Positions 44,990-58,617 are shown, counted from the whole stretch's first letter. The stretch is 63,786 bases of DNA, filler included, from Octopus bimaculoides (GCF_001194135.2; 3 parts of 3 records of this genome joined end to end with filler, not necessarily neighbours in it); one strand, 5' to 3'. Notes: a model not told the origin generated them from the letters alone. Numbers and translations are program-made.

Positions 44990-45820
44990 GATGTTTTCTC
45001 TGATGTCGTGTAAGATGTATTTTATGCTATGATGTAATTGTCTTTCATGATGGTTTTGTACGACATTTTCCTTTGATGTTTGCACGATGTGATCTATGAT
45101 GTATTCTAAGATATCTTGTGTGACGTCACATGCAATGTTTTCTATGACATCCCGAGGGATGTCTTGCATAATGCATATCTTCTGTACTGTCATCTGTATT
45201 GTATCCCATGATGTTTTTTTATATAATTCCATATTCTATGACGTCATATACGATTTATTCTTTGGAGTGAAGTACGATGTTTTCTAACATGTGCGTTGTC
45301 GTCTATAACGTATGAATTTTTTTACAATGTATGATATCTTCTATACGACATTTCCTTCTGTACTGTCATCTGTACTGTATCCTATGATGTCTTTTATAAT
45401 TTCATATTCTATGACGTCATATACGATTTATTCTTTGACGTAAAGTACGATGTTTTCTACCATGTGTGATATCTTCTATGATATACAAAATTTTTTACAA
45501 CGTATGATGTTTTCTGTGTTATCTTTTATTGTGTATCCTATGTTATCTTCTATGTTATTTTCTATGATGTAGCTTTCGATATCTTCCATGATATGATGCA
45601 CGATTTTTTTCTATAACTCCATGTGCGATATCTTCTTTGACGTCTGTACGATATTTTCCATGATGCGTGATTTCTTTTATGAAGCATGATACCGTTTATT
45701 TATTTATGTATTACACGATGTCTTTCTTCTATGATGTCTTTTATGATGAATGCTACGATATTTTCTATGACGTCATGTAAAATATCTTCTGTGACGTCTT
45801 GTACAATGTCTTCCATGATA
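44990..45820. repeat. Degenerate 12/24-bp tandem array with a 176-bp higher-order duplication
   Basis: Recurring GATATCTTCTATGATGTC-like units; 45179-45354 is duplicated from 45355. Confidence 0.75.
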
Positions 45821-46229
45821 GCATGTCAAATGGGTGACACCACCTATGAAAGCCTTCCACGATAATTTGTGCAATGTATTATACCGCTTATGGTAGAGCC
45901 AAGAAGACCCCCTTTTATACGCGCAAGCTCTGGGGTTTCATTCTATCACCATCACTACCAAAATCAACACAGACCACAACGGCAATAAATGTAACAGTAA
46001 TAATCTCAGACGAGCCAGGAAGGATCAATTATGCCGTTGATCGACATGTAACAAATAGCAACCAAACTTAAATCACACCGTACCGTTTTAAGTAACGAAA
46101 AGAACCGGTGGTGGTGGTGCTGGTGGCGGTGGTGGTGCTGGTGTTGGTGGTGTAGAGACAGAAAGGAAAAGATTGTGAGAGGTGAGTGGACAGACAAGAC
46201 AGATGGAAACACAAATATATATATATATA

Positions 46230-46329
46230 NNNNNNNNNNNNNNNNNNNNNNNNNNNNNNNNNNNNNNNNNNNNTTAATTAATTAANNNNNNNNNNNNNNN
46301 NNNNNNNNNNNNNNNNNNNNNNNNNNNNN
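46230..46329. other. Artificial scaffold-joining spacer
   Basis: Identical 44 N + TTAATTAATTAA + 44 N structure. Confidence 0.95.
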
Positions 46330-46956
46330 GTTGGTGATGGCGGTTGTGGTTGTGGTAGTTGTGGTGGTGTTGGTGGTGGTGGTGTTGGTGGTGGTGGTGT
46401 TAATACCACTGGTTGTAATAGTATTACCGATAGTATTGGCGACGGCGTTGACGATGGTTGTTCCGCCAAACTCGTGCTGAAAATCGTTGTAGCTGTAGTA
46501 GTAGCGGTGGTAGACGCATTGTAGCAGTGGTAGTGTTGGATATGTATCCTCTTGATAGATCTGATGATGCATATTAATGTGATTGTAATGTTGGTTTTTC
46601 ACAGTGGTGGTCATGGTGGAGATATTGATCGGGTTGCTGATGGTGTTGAGTGTGGTAGATGACATGGGAATGACGAAGTACTGGTGGTTGTAGTACTGGT
46701 GGCGGTTGAGGTGATGATGCTGTAGTGTTGGTGGTTGTCATTTATTGCGTGAGTAGTGGTGGGTATGGTCGGAATAGTGGCAGTGATAGTGATGATGGTA
46801 ATGTTAATGATATGTAATGGTAGTGGTTTTGGTACAGTTTTCGCAATGGTAGTAAGGTTGCTATTGGTGGTGATTGTGGAATATAGTACCGGTCGTAGTA
46901 GGTATGGTGTCTGTCGTCTTAATGTCGTGGTGATGGTACTGGTAACGGCATTGAAC

Positions 46957-47015
<59 letters not shown>

Positions 47016-47034
47016 TGTAGTAGTGTTGTTGTTG

Positions 47035-47066
<32 letters not shown>

Positions 47067-47140
47067 GTTGGCAGTGGCGGTGGCGATGGTGATTGTGGTG
47101 CTAGTGGCGGTGTTGATTTGGCGCTGTTTGTGGCGTCATT
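46330..47140. repeat. Compound degenerate trinucleotide tract (GGT/GAT/GTA/GTT)n
   Basis: Directly visible; it explains the Thr-rich and Val-rich ORFs. Similar tracts at 39440-39810, 42120-42440, 43240-43430 and 50990-51215. Confidence 0.85.
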
Positions 47141-47860
47141 GATTTTGGTGTTATTAGTGATACATTGGAGAAGTCTAAACTTAAAATGTTGCGATGGTCA
47201 TATTTGGAATGTGAAGCTAACTATTAACAATCTGGATTTGCTCCTATGTCTCATATGTGCCTGATTAGGTGGTATGTGACTTAACAACAACAAAAACAAC
47301 AACAACAACAATACCAACGAAGGTGGAATAACCATAAGGCAAATACGTGGTCGCTAGACACGGTATACATAACTACCAAAGCACAACTTACCTTTATAAA
47401 CAAACGAAGAACTCATTGGAGAATGCATTCATTTAAGACATGATCGTAACTGCTGAAATGACTTTGGACAGAAGTCTACTAAATCAGGTCCTGTCTACAG
47501 CTAAATTCGCATAAAAACAGCAACATCGAAGAAACCACACTTAACACAATTGGACTCAAGCATTTCTAAAATATTACTTTAGAAATTTAAATAAATTGAT
47601 GAATAATCCAATTTACTGATTAAGTTTAGCCTGAACTTAGAAACTGTCTGAGAAACTGTGAAGGAACATTATGGTTTGAGCCATGATATTTTGTTGTTAC
47701 AGAGAAATGTTTTTCCAACAGGTGTGTACATAATAAGAGAACAACGTAAGCATGTATACCTCAAGCAATGGTCTTTGAGTTTCTTCAAAAATGCATACAC
47801 AGGAACTATCATACAATAACATTTGTAAAACGTACACAAAAATGCATTACATAATAAAAA

Positions 47861-48232
47861 CAAGAGCGCTCAGAGAGCGCAAACCTCCGCGAAGGCAACA
47901 CCAATGTCCTCTCAACGATTAACTGGAGAGGATTTTTTTTAATGAGAATATCTTAAATAAACTTGACTTCTCTCACAAATGACAATATTAAAAATGAACC
48001 ACCCGCTCTGAAAAATTAAATAAAATTCCGGAAAAATAATCCAGAAACCTTCTCCTGTACCGGACCGATACCAAAATTTAAGCAGCTCGTGCCAGCCACG
48101 AGGCCAAACATCCCTGAAAGTTTCATTTGAATCCATCCAGTTGTTCTTGAGATATCTTTTCCACGGTCAAACAAACAAACAAACAAACCTGACTGAAAAC
48201 AATATCTCCACCTTCCCTAAGGCAGAGGTAAT
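47861..48232 (-). mobile_element. Second copy of the HINE-like element
   Basis: Reverse-complement similarity over ~360 bp to 21795-22156. Confidence 0.7.
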
Positions 48233-48864
48233 GATAATGGAGTTCAATAAATAAATGAAGTGAGACATTTCGGGGAAGAAAAAGTCGAAAAAATCCACTG
48301 CGGAAGAAAAAAAAGAGACAAAGGTAACCTTCCTGTGATTTAAATTCAGAGCATAGAGAAACGAAAAAAATACCGCAAGGCATTTTTCGATTCAGCGCAT
48401 CTCTTAGACAATAAGGACATTAACATTCAAAAAAGTATATTTTTATCTCATTTGCCATCTATATGAAGAAACGGATCACACAATACCTTACTAAAATACA
48501 TTTTGCAAGCATGAAAATGTATCAACACATTACACACCACGTTTATGAAACCAATATATTTTATATGCTCATATACACACACGTTTAAGTAATAATAATT
48601 CAGGAGTTGTTTTTACTACATCAGAAAAGAACATCGAATATATCTCATATTATCCTATAAAATTAGACGGAAGGTAACAATACAGCATAGGTTTTATGAC
48701 TTAAGTAACCTCAAGCATTCGGTATATAAATGCAGCAAATGACATTAGGAGACGCTAGTGCACCAGAAATGTAGGCTTTCAAGAAAAACAAACAAACAAA
48801 ATAAACAATACCAAGTACGTTTATATAATAAACACTCAAACATATTTATATAATATTGTGTGGG

Positions 48865-48895
<31 letters not shown>

Positions 48896-49037
48896 ATGTG
48901 TGTGTGTGTGTGAGTGTATACATGTGTCTGCGTGCGTGTGTGTGTTGTTTGGTGTTTGTGGCGTGTTGTGTGTGTGTATCTTTGTATGCGTGTGCGCGTG
49001 TGCGCGTGTGTGTACGTATGTATGTACGAATATATGC

Positions 49038-49069
<32 letters not shown>

Positions 49070-50714
49070 GTATGTATATATATATATANNNNNNNNNNNN
49101 NNNNNNNNNNNNNNNNNNNNNNNNNNNNNNNNNNNNNNNNNNNNNNNNNNNNNNNNNNNNNNNNNNNNNNNNNNNNNNNNNNNNNNNNNNNNNNNNNNNN
49201 NNNNNNNNNNNNNNNNNNNNNNNNNNNNNNNNNNNNNNNNNNNNNNNNNNNNNNNNNNNNNNNNNNNNNNNNNNNNNNNNNNNNNNNNNNNNNNNNNNNN
49301 NNNNNNNNNNNNNNNNNNNNNNNNNNNNNNNNNNNNNNNNNNNNNNNNNNNNNNNNNNNNNNNNNNNNNNNNNNNNNNNNNNNNNNNNNNNNNNNNNNNN
49401 NNNNNNNNNNNNNNNNNNNNNNNNNNNNNNNNNNNNNNNNNNNNNNNNNNNNNNNNNNNNNNNNNNNNNNNNNNNNNNNNNNNNNNNNNNNNNNNNNNNN
49501 NNNNNNNNNNNNNNNNNNNNNNNNNNNNNNNNNNNNNNNNNNNNNNNNNNNNNNNNNNNNNNNNNNNNNNNNNNNNNNNNNNNNNNNNNNNNNNNNNNNN
49601 NNNNNNNNNNNNNNNNNNNNNNNNNNNNNNNNNNNNNNNNNNNNNNNNNNNNNNNNNNNNNNNNNNNNNNNNNNNNNNNNNNNNATATATATATATATAT
49701 ATAACAGTTTGATTCAGCCCCATGTATATTTAAGTTTTCTTAGGTTTCTTACAGAAACCTTGCTTGTCAGTTTCACCAACTCGAATGGAGGGATGCGTGA
49801 AGTGAAATATAGCTACCGGACACTGCGCTGTTATTGATCAAGGCGAGTCACATGGTTTCAATAGATGTGAAATCGACGTTCCAGTGACAAAGAGGGCATT
49901 AAAAATTAGAATTCAGGTGGCGCCTTGCTGTGTAATCGGTCATTGAAGGGACTGGCAGCATATACAGACGGCAATGGTGTATACGTGTTTGAATATATAG
50001 CATCTGAGTAACTGATGCATATATATGTGTATCTGCTATGTGTGTTTAAGGTACCACTTCTATGATTAGGGACTGGATCAAGCTGCTTTAAATAATAATG
50101 TATGTAACTCCTATAAAATGTGATGAGTGCTTCCCTCTGCCATTTGTGCCCGTATACACACACACATGCACTCACATATATACACACACATACACATACA
50201 CACACCCATATATGTATCATATAGGTGCGCGTATACGTACATACATGCATACAAACATGCGTACATACATGCATACAAACATGCGTACATACATGCATAC
50301 GCATATCTAATATAATAAATTCTAAAACTAATTTCTGTGTGTCATTGTGTCACACTTTGACCCACTCTCTCACTATTCAATGACACTGCTACTGTTCCTC
50401 ATGATTGGCTGAGAGTAATAGCAGGCATAGGGACCGCGAGGGCAGTGGCAAAAACAGAGATTGAGTGAAAAAGAAAAAGAGAGGGAGAGAAAGAAATTTA
50501 GGGAGAGTTGATGATGTATTAAAGGTAGTAGTGTTGATGGTGGTAGTGGAAGTAATAATAAGAGAGAGAGAGAGAGAGAGGGGGGGGATATGACCCCATC
50601 CTAAAATGGGGACACCATCCTTGAACTCATGTTTCATTGCCAGTACCTATACAATGGCAAAAATTAAATAAATAAACATTCCAAAATTCCAAATTGAAAA
50701 GAAATCCCTCCCCT

Positions 50715-50774
50715 CCCTCTCTCTACCTATCTATCTGCCTGTCTCTCTACATGTCCATCTATCTATCTATCTAA

Positions 50775-50823
<49 letters not shown>

Positions 50824-50853
50824 CATCTATCTATCTATCTATCTATCTGTCTG

Positions 50854-50920
<67 letters not shown>

Positions 50921-50940
50921 GTCTATCTAGCTATCTATCT
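50715..50940. repeat. (TATC)n microsatellite
   Basis: Directly visible; other large simple repeats at 3800-3925 (TG), 35388-35443 (AAC), 42595-42745 (TG/TAGA), 44727-44762 (GGAA) and 63534-63615 (CTAC/CTA compound). Confidence 0.95.
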
Positions 50941-51889
50941 CAACACTGAATCAATATACGGAATTAGCACACTGAACAATGGTAATGGGGTGCTAGTAAT
51001 AGTATGAGCAGTAGTTCTGATAGAGACGGAGGTGGCTGTGATGATGGTGGTGGTGGTGGTGGTAGCCAAGGCGATCAAAGATGACGGTGAGAGTAAGTAA
51101 TGTGAAAGACAGTGGTGGTGGTGGTAGAGGGGCAAGGGGAGAAATCAAAGCTATTGATGGTGGTGTCGTCAGAAGTCTGAATGGTGTGTGCATGGTGGCG
51201 ATGGTGGTGGTACTGTTTATCAGGCAGCTTTGCAATAAGTTGCAACTCGACTGTAGGCCCCAAAGCTTAGTGAAGAGCCCTCTACAGGAGCTAGCTTAAA
51301 AGCCGCGTGATAGGGTGGATTTTATAATAGTACATACATACATAATTCAAATATATTATTCTTCAAAAAAATATTGTTGACATTGCCTTCAATGTCCCAG
51401 TCAGCCAAGACATCGCCTGACTACGACGCATTAGAATTAGTCTTGCCTTTATAAAGTTAAAGTCTCTGTTGAATTAAAATAATTTTTGCGTGCGTAAGTT
51501 TGAGTGAGGGTGTTAATTAGGTTTTTATATTTGATTGTTATGGAAAAGTGTTTGGAAACTATTTTATTGGTTTAATTTGGAGTTATGCTAATGTTTCGAA
51601 TATATTCATGCACAAACAAATCGGTAAACAAGTCTGTAGGTGTTTCTCATTTGTTAGGTAAGCAAAAAGTGTGAAATTATTTTTGTTTCTTTCGGTATTA
51701 TTGGATTTACTCAGTTTGATTTCACAAATGTTGATGAGTTTTAAATTCTTCACTTTCTGCAAGAGACAGAGACAATCCATGCAGAGGAAACCCTCCTCTT
51801 CATCTGTTCCAAGGACGGTCAGGCATTTTGTTTATTGACTATCTTCAAAAGGGTCACACCCTTTATGAAGAGCATTATGTTAACTTATG

Positions 51890-52312
51890 TAGTTAGGAAA
51901 GGTTATGAAAACCGAACGCTTAGGGAAACAGAGGAAAAGGGGCTGGTTTCCTCAGGACAATGATCCGGTAGACAAGTCCCCAGTTTCAGTGGCTGCTCTG
52001 CATGACTATGGATTGGAACCGGTTGATTACCGTCCCTATTCTCCTGATTTCGTCCCACCTGACAATCATCTATTACTCAACATGAACACTGGGTTGGGAA
52101 CTAGTATCGCAGTGATGACGACGTCATAGCTGCTGTTGACGATTTTTAAAATCAGAATGAAAGCTTGTTCACTAACGTGATCCAAGCACTGCAACACCGA
52201 TGAAAGCAGTATGTGGATTGCAAGGGAGATTATGCTGAAAAATAAACCACATTTGGTCGCATTCCATGAGAGTTACTTGGTCAGCCTATTAACATTTTAG
52301 CCGACCGTCGTA
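51890..52312 (+). mobile_element. mariner (DD34D-type) transposase 3' remnant with right TIR
   Basis: FPQDNDPVDKS...YRPYSPDFVPPDNHLL, frameshift, then RSDDDVIAAVDDF*NQNESLFT...QALQHR*KQYVDCKGDYAEK*; ends in the TIR-like AACATTTTAGCCGACCGTCG followed by TA. Confidence 0.85.
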
Positions 52313-53794
52313 AGCATGAAAGTCTTTACTTACACATTTGTTCTCTTTCATGTATATTTCATGTCATTTGACACGTTATTGTCAGATTTCACGGCGAAAA
52401 CATTGTACACACCAAGACATGTGTAAATATATATGTTCGCAGTTACATACACACATACACAAATACAAAGGAATGTTAAATTAATGAGTTGGTTACTGCT
52501 GGTTTCACAGTCACGATCTTTCATTTTTTGCTTTTTCTTAATCATAAAATATATACCTGAGGAAAAAAAAAAGCACTCCTGCTAAATATTTGCTTCCGTT
52601 AAGTTATGTGATCAAATTATTCCACCAACACATTCCACCAACACTTAGCAAAAAGTCTTTTGCTTCTTTTTAGGGGACAAAAAAATAGTTTTCTTAAAAA
52701 AGGAATAAATATCCAACAAAGAGGGGAGCAACATGAAGTGAAAAGAGAAGGATGTGTGCGATGCGTGCACAGAAAATAACAAAAGGGAATATTTGAGATA
52801 CTTGTTCTTATATATGGCTCTCATCGAGTGAAGATGGCGCTTCCGAATTGAATAACGTCTGCCTTTTGCCAAACCACGGATCGTGTGTTTAAATGGAAGT
52901 CGTAACTCTGAACATTTCTGAGGATAATCCTATTCTGTATTGTATGGAGATCAAACTCTTTGCTTCCTGCTTTAGAGTCCTGATATTTCTAGAATGTTCC
53001 GGTTAAATACTATATTCCCTCTCTTTTTTCTTAAATTTCCAGATGTGTTTGTTCAGTTTTCTAGCTCTCTCTTTATCTTCGGAAAGGAAGATACATGATT
53101 ATAAAAACTTGCCATAAATTTACTTTCTATCACGAATATGTAATGTTGAAGCGTTACTTCTTCCATGGTTCTACAGAGGTGATTCCACCATATAAATTAT
53201 TGCTTCTGTGTCATAGAATTTCAAAGATGGTCAAGTGTTAGGGTTCCTGGATTAGCATTTGCCTTCGATTCCGTTATTGAGTATGAATATTTTATTACTT
53301 TTTTTATTCATGGCATAACGATAGATAAATTTTCAGGTTTGCTTGTTAGCTATAGTTGCAACATGCGCATAAAAATAATATATAATAGGCATTTTTACAA
53401 AATATTTCTCATGATTCTCAATAAATTGTATAGATATGCTTGCATAAAAACAGCGAGATCGTGAAACAAATAATAGCTCACCTGACTAGCTACCTCTTGC
53501 TGTTCATAACACATCTTTGCATTGAGTTCATGTGTATATGAAAGTTTGAATGAATGAATATGTATAGGTATGCTTGAATGTACGTATTTATATATGTATG
53601 TGTATCTGTATGTATGTATGTATGTATGTATGTATGTATGTATGTATGTGTGTATGTATGTACGTACGTATATATGACTAGCTATCTCCTGTTGTTTATA
53701 AATACTAATATTTTATTTCACATCTTTGCACAGAGTTCTGGTGTACAGGCGTACGTANNNNNNNNNNATATATGTATATATATATGTATATATA

Positions 53795-54396
53795 TATAAC
53801 TTGTGTAGGTTTCGGCCAGTATAGGCCCAGGCCATATCTAACTTAATAGGACCACCTAGTGGAGTCTTTTAGTCATATATGGGGCTCCATAGCATACTCT
53901 AGTAGACAGTTATTATTGTTGGAGACATATCCGGGTGTAGGAGGTTAGTGCGGGGTTTTTTGAAGAAATTTGACCAGTGAACATTCGAATCTTATGGGAT
54001 CTGTTTCCGTTTTGATGTACTTTGGTATGGTATTAAAGAAAGATGAACCAGTTGAGGTTAAGTAATTGTGACGTAATATTGTTATGTGTACCGGGTTCTA
54101 TTTTTGTAGTGGATGGATAGCACGGGGGCCAAGTCTTGGATGGATTTTAAAATTGATGCCAACATCATTTGTGCAATATTCATGGAGTATCTTCCACATG
54201 ACACAAATGATGGAGTGCTCCCGGCGGCGTTGGAGAGAGTAGAGATTGAATTTTTTAGTCGACCTTAATAATCAATGCATCTCATGCCGTCTATCTTTCT
54301 TGTTATGGACTTCTGGAGTGCTTCTACTTTCATAATAAGTTGTTTCGTATGGGAGGAACAAAGAGGGCAACAGTAATGAAGGTGGGGGTCGGGCAA
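53795..54396 (-). mobile_element. CR1/L2-like LINE 3' end (RT C-terminal region), running into a gap
   Basis: PHLHYCCPLCS...KVEALQKSITRKIDGM..Y*GRLK/FNLYSLQRRRE..I..MWKI...FNTIPKYIK...LVKFLQ..P..P..PGYV..NNN.L; stops and frameshifts present. Confidence 0.85.
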
Positions 54397-55739
54397 NNNN
54401 NNNNNNNNNNNNNNNNNNNNNNNNNNNNNNNNNNNNNNNNNNNNNNNNNNNNNNNNNNNNNNNNNNNNNNNNNNNNNNNNNNNNNNNNNNNNNNNNNNNN
54501 NNNNNNNNNNNNNNNNNNNNNNNNNNNNNNNNNNNNNNNNNNNNNNNNNNNNNNNNNNNNNNNNNNNNNNNNNNNNNNNNNNNNNNNNNNNNNNNNNNNN
54601 NNNNNNNNNNNNNNNNNNNNNNNNNNNNNNNNNNNNNNNNNNNNNNNNNNNNNNNNNNNNNNNNNNNNNNNNNNNNNNNNNNNNNNNNNNNNNNNNNNNN
54701 NNNNNNNNNNNNNNNNNNNNNNNNNNNNNNNNNNNNNNNNNNNNNNNNNNNNNNNNNNNNNNNNNNNNNNNNNNNNNNNNNNNNNNNNNNNNNNNNNNNN
54801 NNNNNNNNNNNNNNNNNNNNNNNNNNNNNNNNNNNNNNNNNNNNNNNNNNNNNNNNNNNNNNNNNNNNNNNNNNNNNNNNNNNNNNNNNNNNNNNNNNNN
54901 NNNNNNNNNNNNNNNNNNNNNNNNNNNNNNNNNNNNNNNNNNNNNNNNNNNNNNNNNNNNNNNNNNNNNNNNNNNNNNNNNNNNNNNNNNNNNNNNNNNN
55001 NNNNNNNNNNNNNNNNNNNNNNNNNNNNNNNNNNNNNNNNNNNNNNNNNNNNNNNNNNNNNNNNNNNNNNNNNNNNNNNNNNNNNNNNNNNNNNNNNNNN
55101 NNNNNNNNNNNNNNNNNNNNNNNNNNNNNNNNNNNNNNNNNNTATATATATATATATATATATATATCTGTGTGTGTATATACATATGTATGCATCCATG
55201 TATATGTATACATATATATATATATATTCACATACATACACACGTATATATAGGTATCATATAGCTGTGTGTTTATACATACATGCCTACATACATTCAT
55301 GCATAATTTAAATATATAGGGCATAGGGTACCCCTAGCTGTTGTCACAGCATCCTTCCCGGAAACAGACATTCTAATGTAAAATCTGTGTATCACGTGAT
55401 TACTTGTCATGAAGCTTTTGCCTATTGCTATATAACTCGTGGCCCTCGTGTTGTACGAAGTTTATCACTATAATTCAATTTACGTATAAATGTCTCTTTA
55501 TGGTGAATGGTGACCTCATTTGTCATTCCATTTACTGAAAGTGTTTTAGAGTTGGATAAATGACAAATGTGCAGAACTAACCTACCTATACTTGAAACCA
55601 CGGAGATCTGCAACTGGACTAAATAGTCAACTGAGAAGTCATGGGCGGAAAGTCAGAAATGTCATTGAGAGCGCGGAAGCACAAGATGGAACAGTCATCA
55701 TATACGTATGTATTCTATTTTTTCTATTTCTTCTACTTG

Positions 55740-55915
55740 TTTCTGTCAGCTGACTGTTGCCATGCTGGAGCACCGCCTTTAGTCGTACAAATCGACACCA
55801 GGACTTATTCTTTGTAAGCCTAGCACTTATTCTGTCGATTTATTTTGCCGAACTGCTAAGTTATGGAGACGTAAATGCATCAACATCGATTGTCAGGTGA
55901 TGGAGGGAGGAGAAC
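55740..55915 (+). mobile_element. Interspersed repeat family G (shares a core with SINE A)
   Basis: GCCATGCTGGAGCAC.GCCTT...TAGTCG.ACAAATCGAC.CCAG.AC...GCCGAACTGCTAAGTTA; copies at ~7165-7320 and ~33665-33790. Confidence 0.65.
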
Positions 55916-55921
55916 AGACAT

Positions 55922-55981
<60 letters not shown>

Positions 55982-58256
55982 NNNNNNNNNNNNNNNNNNN
56001 NNNNNNNNNNNNNNNNNNNNNNNNNNNNNNNNNNNNNNNNNNNNNNNNNNNNNNNNNNNNNNNNNNNNNNNNNNNNNNNNNNNNNNNNNNNNNNNNNNNN
56101 NNNNNNNNNNNNNNNNNNNNNNNNNNNNNNNNNNNNNNNNNNNNNNNNNNNNNNNNNNNNNNNNNNNNNNNNNNNNNNNNNNNNNNNNNNNNNNNNNNNN
56201 NNNNNNNNNNNNNNNNNNNNNNNNNNNNNNNNNNNNNNNNNNNNNNNNNNNNNNNNNNNNNNNNNNNNNNNNNNNNNNNNNNNNNNNNNNNNNNNNNNNN
56301 NNNNNNNNNNNNNNNNNNNNNNNNNNNNNNNNNNNNNNNNNNNNNNNNNNNNNNNNNNNNNNNNNNNNNNNNNNNNNNNNNNNNNNNNNNNNNNNNNNNN
56401 NNNNNNNNNNNNNNNNNNNNNNNNNNNNNNNNNNNNNNNNNNNNNNNNNNNNNNNNNNNNNNNNNNNNNNNNNNNNNNNNNNNNNNNNNNNNNNNNNNNN
56501 NNNNNNNNNNNNNNNNNNNNNNNNNNNNNNNNNNNNNNNNNNNNNNNNNNNNNNNNNNNNNNNNNNNNNNNNNNNNNNNNNNNNNNNNNNNNNNNNNNAT
56601 ATATATATATTTATATATATATATATATATATACATACGATGGGTTTCTTTCAGTTTCCATCGACCATATCCACTCCCAAAACTTTGGTCAGCCCGAGGC
56701 TATAGCAGAAGAGAGACACTTGCCCAAAATGCCACGCAGGGGCACTGAACCCGGAACCATGTGACTGGGAAACTAAGCCTCTTCCCACACAGCAACTCCT
56801 GCGATATACATATAAGTATACAGATACACTAACGTAAATGTCAATATTTTATAGAACGTCGATATATTCGTTGTCTCATGTTCTGCATGAATTCCTATCG
56901 TTGACGCGTTTAAAGTAGATACTGAGGGCGTATGCGGTTGAAGTAGTAAGTGTCATATTGTTTCAAATTTGGATATTTGAAAATCTATCATGAGATAAGG
57001 CATTGAACTGGGATTTATCATAACCTTCAATACTTGCACACGTACATTAGTGCAGACCAAGAGGCACCCAAGATCACTCTATCGTAACTACAGTAAAAAT
57101 AAGAAAATATCAACACAACCAGTAGAAAAGAATTAGAAATGAATATGTGAAAGAACGATAAGTTCAACATAAAGCTGAATGAATATGCGAATTAGAATAG
57201 GGATTCTGCGACCATGTTGAACAAAAAATNNNNNNNNNNNNNNNNNNNNNNNNNNNNNNNNNNNNNNNNNNNNNNNNNNNNNNNNNNNNNNNNNNNNNNN
57301 NNNNNNNNNNNNNNNNNNNNNNNNNNNNNNNNNNNNNNNNNNNNNNNNNNNNNNNNNNNNNNNNNNNNNNNNNNNNNNNNNNNNNNNNNNNNNNNNNNNN
57401 NNNNNNNNNNNNNNNNNNNNNNNNNNNNNNNNNNNNNNNNNNNNNNNNNNNNNNNNNNNNNNNNNNNNNNNNNNNNNNNNNNNNNNNNNNNNNNNNNNNN
57501 NNNNNNNNNNNNNNNNNNNNNNNNNNNNNNNNNNNNNNNNNNNNNNNNNNNNNNNNNNNNNNNNNNNNNNNNNNNNNNNNNNNNNNNNNNNNNNNNNNNN
57601 NNNNNNNNNNNNNNNNNNNNNNNNNNNNNNNNNNNNNNNNNNNNNNNNNNNNNNNNNNNNNNNNNNNNNNNNNNNNNNNNNNNNNNNNNNNNNNNNNNNN
57701 NNNNNNNNNNNNNNNNNNNNNNNNNNNNNNNNNNNNNNNNNNNNNNNNNNNNNNNNNNNNNNNNNNNNNNNNNNNNNNNNNNNNNNNNNNNNNNNNNNNN
57801 NNNNNNNNNNNNNNNNNNNNNNNNNNNNNNNNNNNNNNNNNNNNNNNNNNNNNNNNNNNNNNNNNNNNNNNNNNNNNNNNNNNNNNNNNNNNNTGACTTT
57901 TAATCACTTTCCTCCTTATCTCTTTTATTTCGCTTTCGTAACTACTTCAGACCTTCTTCAATATATTTACGTATAAATGGATTTTTTAAATATATTTTTG
58001 TCTACATCTGAAATCTTTTTTAAAAATCTATTATATTACATATATATTTTAATATATTTATTTTTTATAGGTTTAAAAACGGTTTTTGTATTTGTATGTT
58101 TTTAATGTATCATGTATATACTTGTACTTTAATTTCATCTGAAATCGAAGTCATATTTATGGATTAAATTACCTGGTCTTACGGTTCTTCATATTATGTA
58201 TTTTTGTCTTTTGTCTCAAGTTCCTCAGCAATTATATATATATATATACATACATA

Positions 58257-58369
58257 CACGAGGGGTGTATGAAAAGTCTTGAGCTTCAAAACACGAAAAT
58301 AGGATTGTACAGGACTTCTAATAAATGTACAAGACTCCAAGGCTCAAAACTTTTCATACACCCCCCGTG
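58257..58369. mobile_element. 113-bp mariner-type MITE
   Basis: 28-bp TIRs (CACGAGGGGTGTATGAAAAGTCTTGAGC, 26/28 match to the other end) flanked by TA on both sides. Confidence 0.85.
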
Positions 58370-58617
58370 TATATATATATATATAAGGAAAATAAGACAA
58401 GGTAGAATATGCTTATACATATTATCTCGTGTGTTACTTTTCAATCTTCTACACACACACATACATATATATATAGAGAGAGGGTGAGTACTATCATTCA
58501 CTCTACGCTGAATTGTGGTACAATATGGGCAAATTTCTGAAATCCAACGAACACTAACACTTATGCTGATATAACAGTTTAAAGGATAAGCCTATTATAA
58601 GTTATAATAGGAAGTGG

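Noticed and set aside
46282-46665. Thr-rich mucin-like ORF
   Set aside because: Degenerate trinucleotide repeat at a scaffold edge with no signal peptide or splice support.
52831-52839. YY1-like AAGATGGCG motif
   Set aside because: A single 9-mer is expected by chance in a window of this size.
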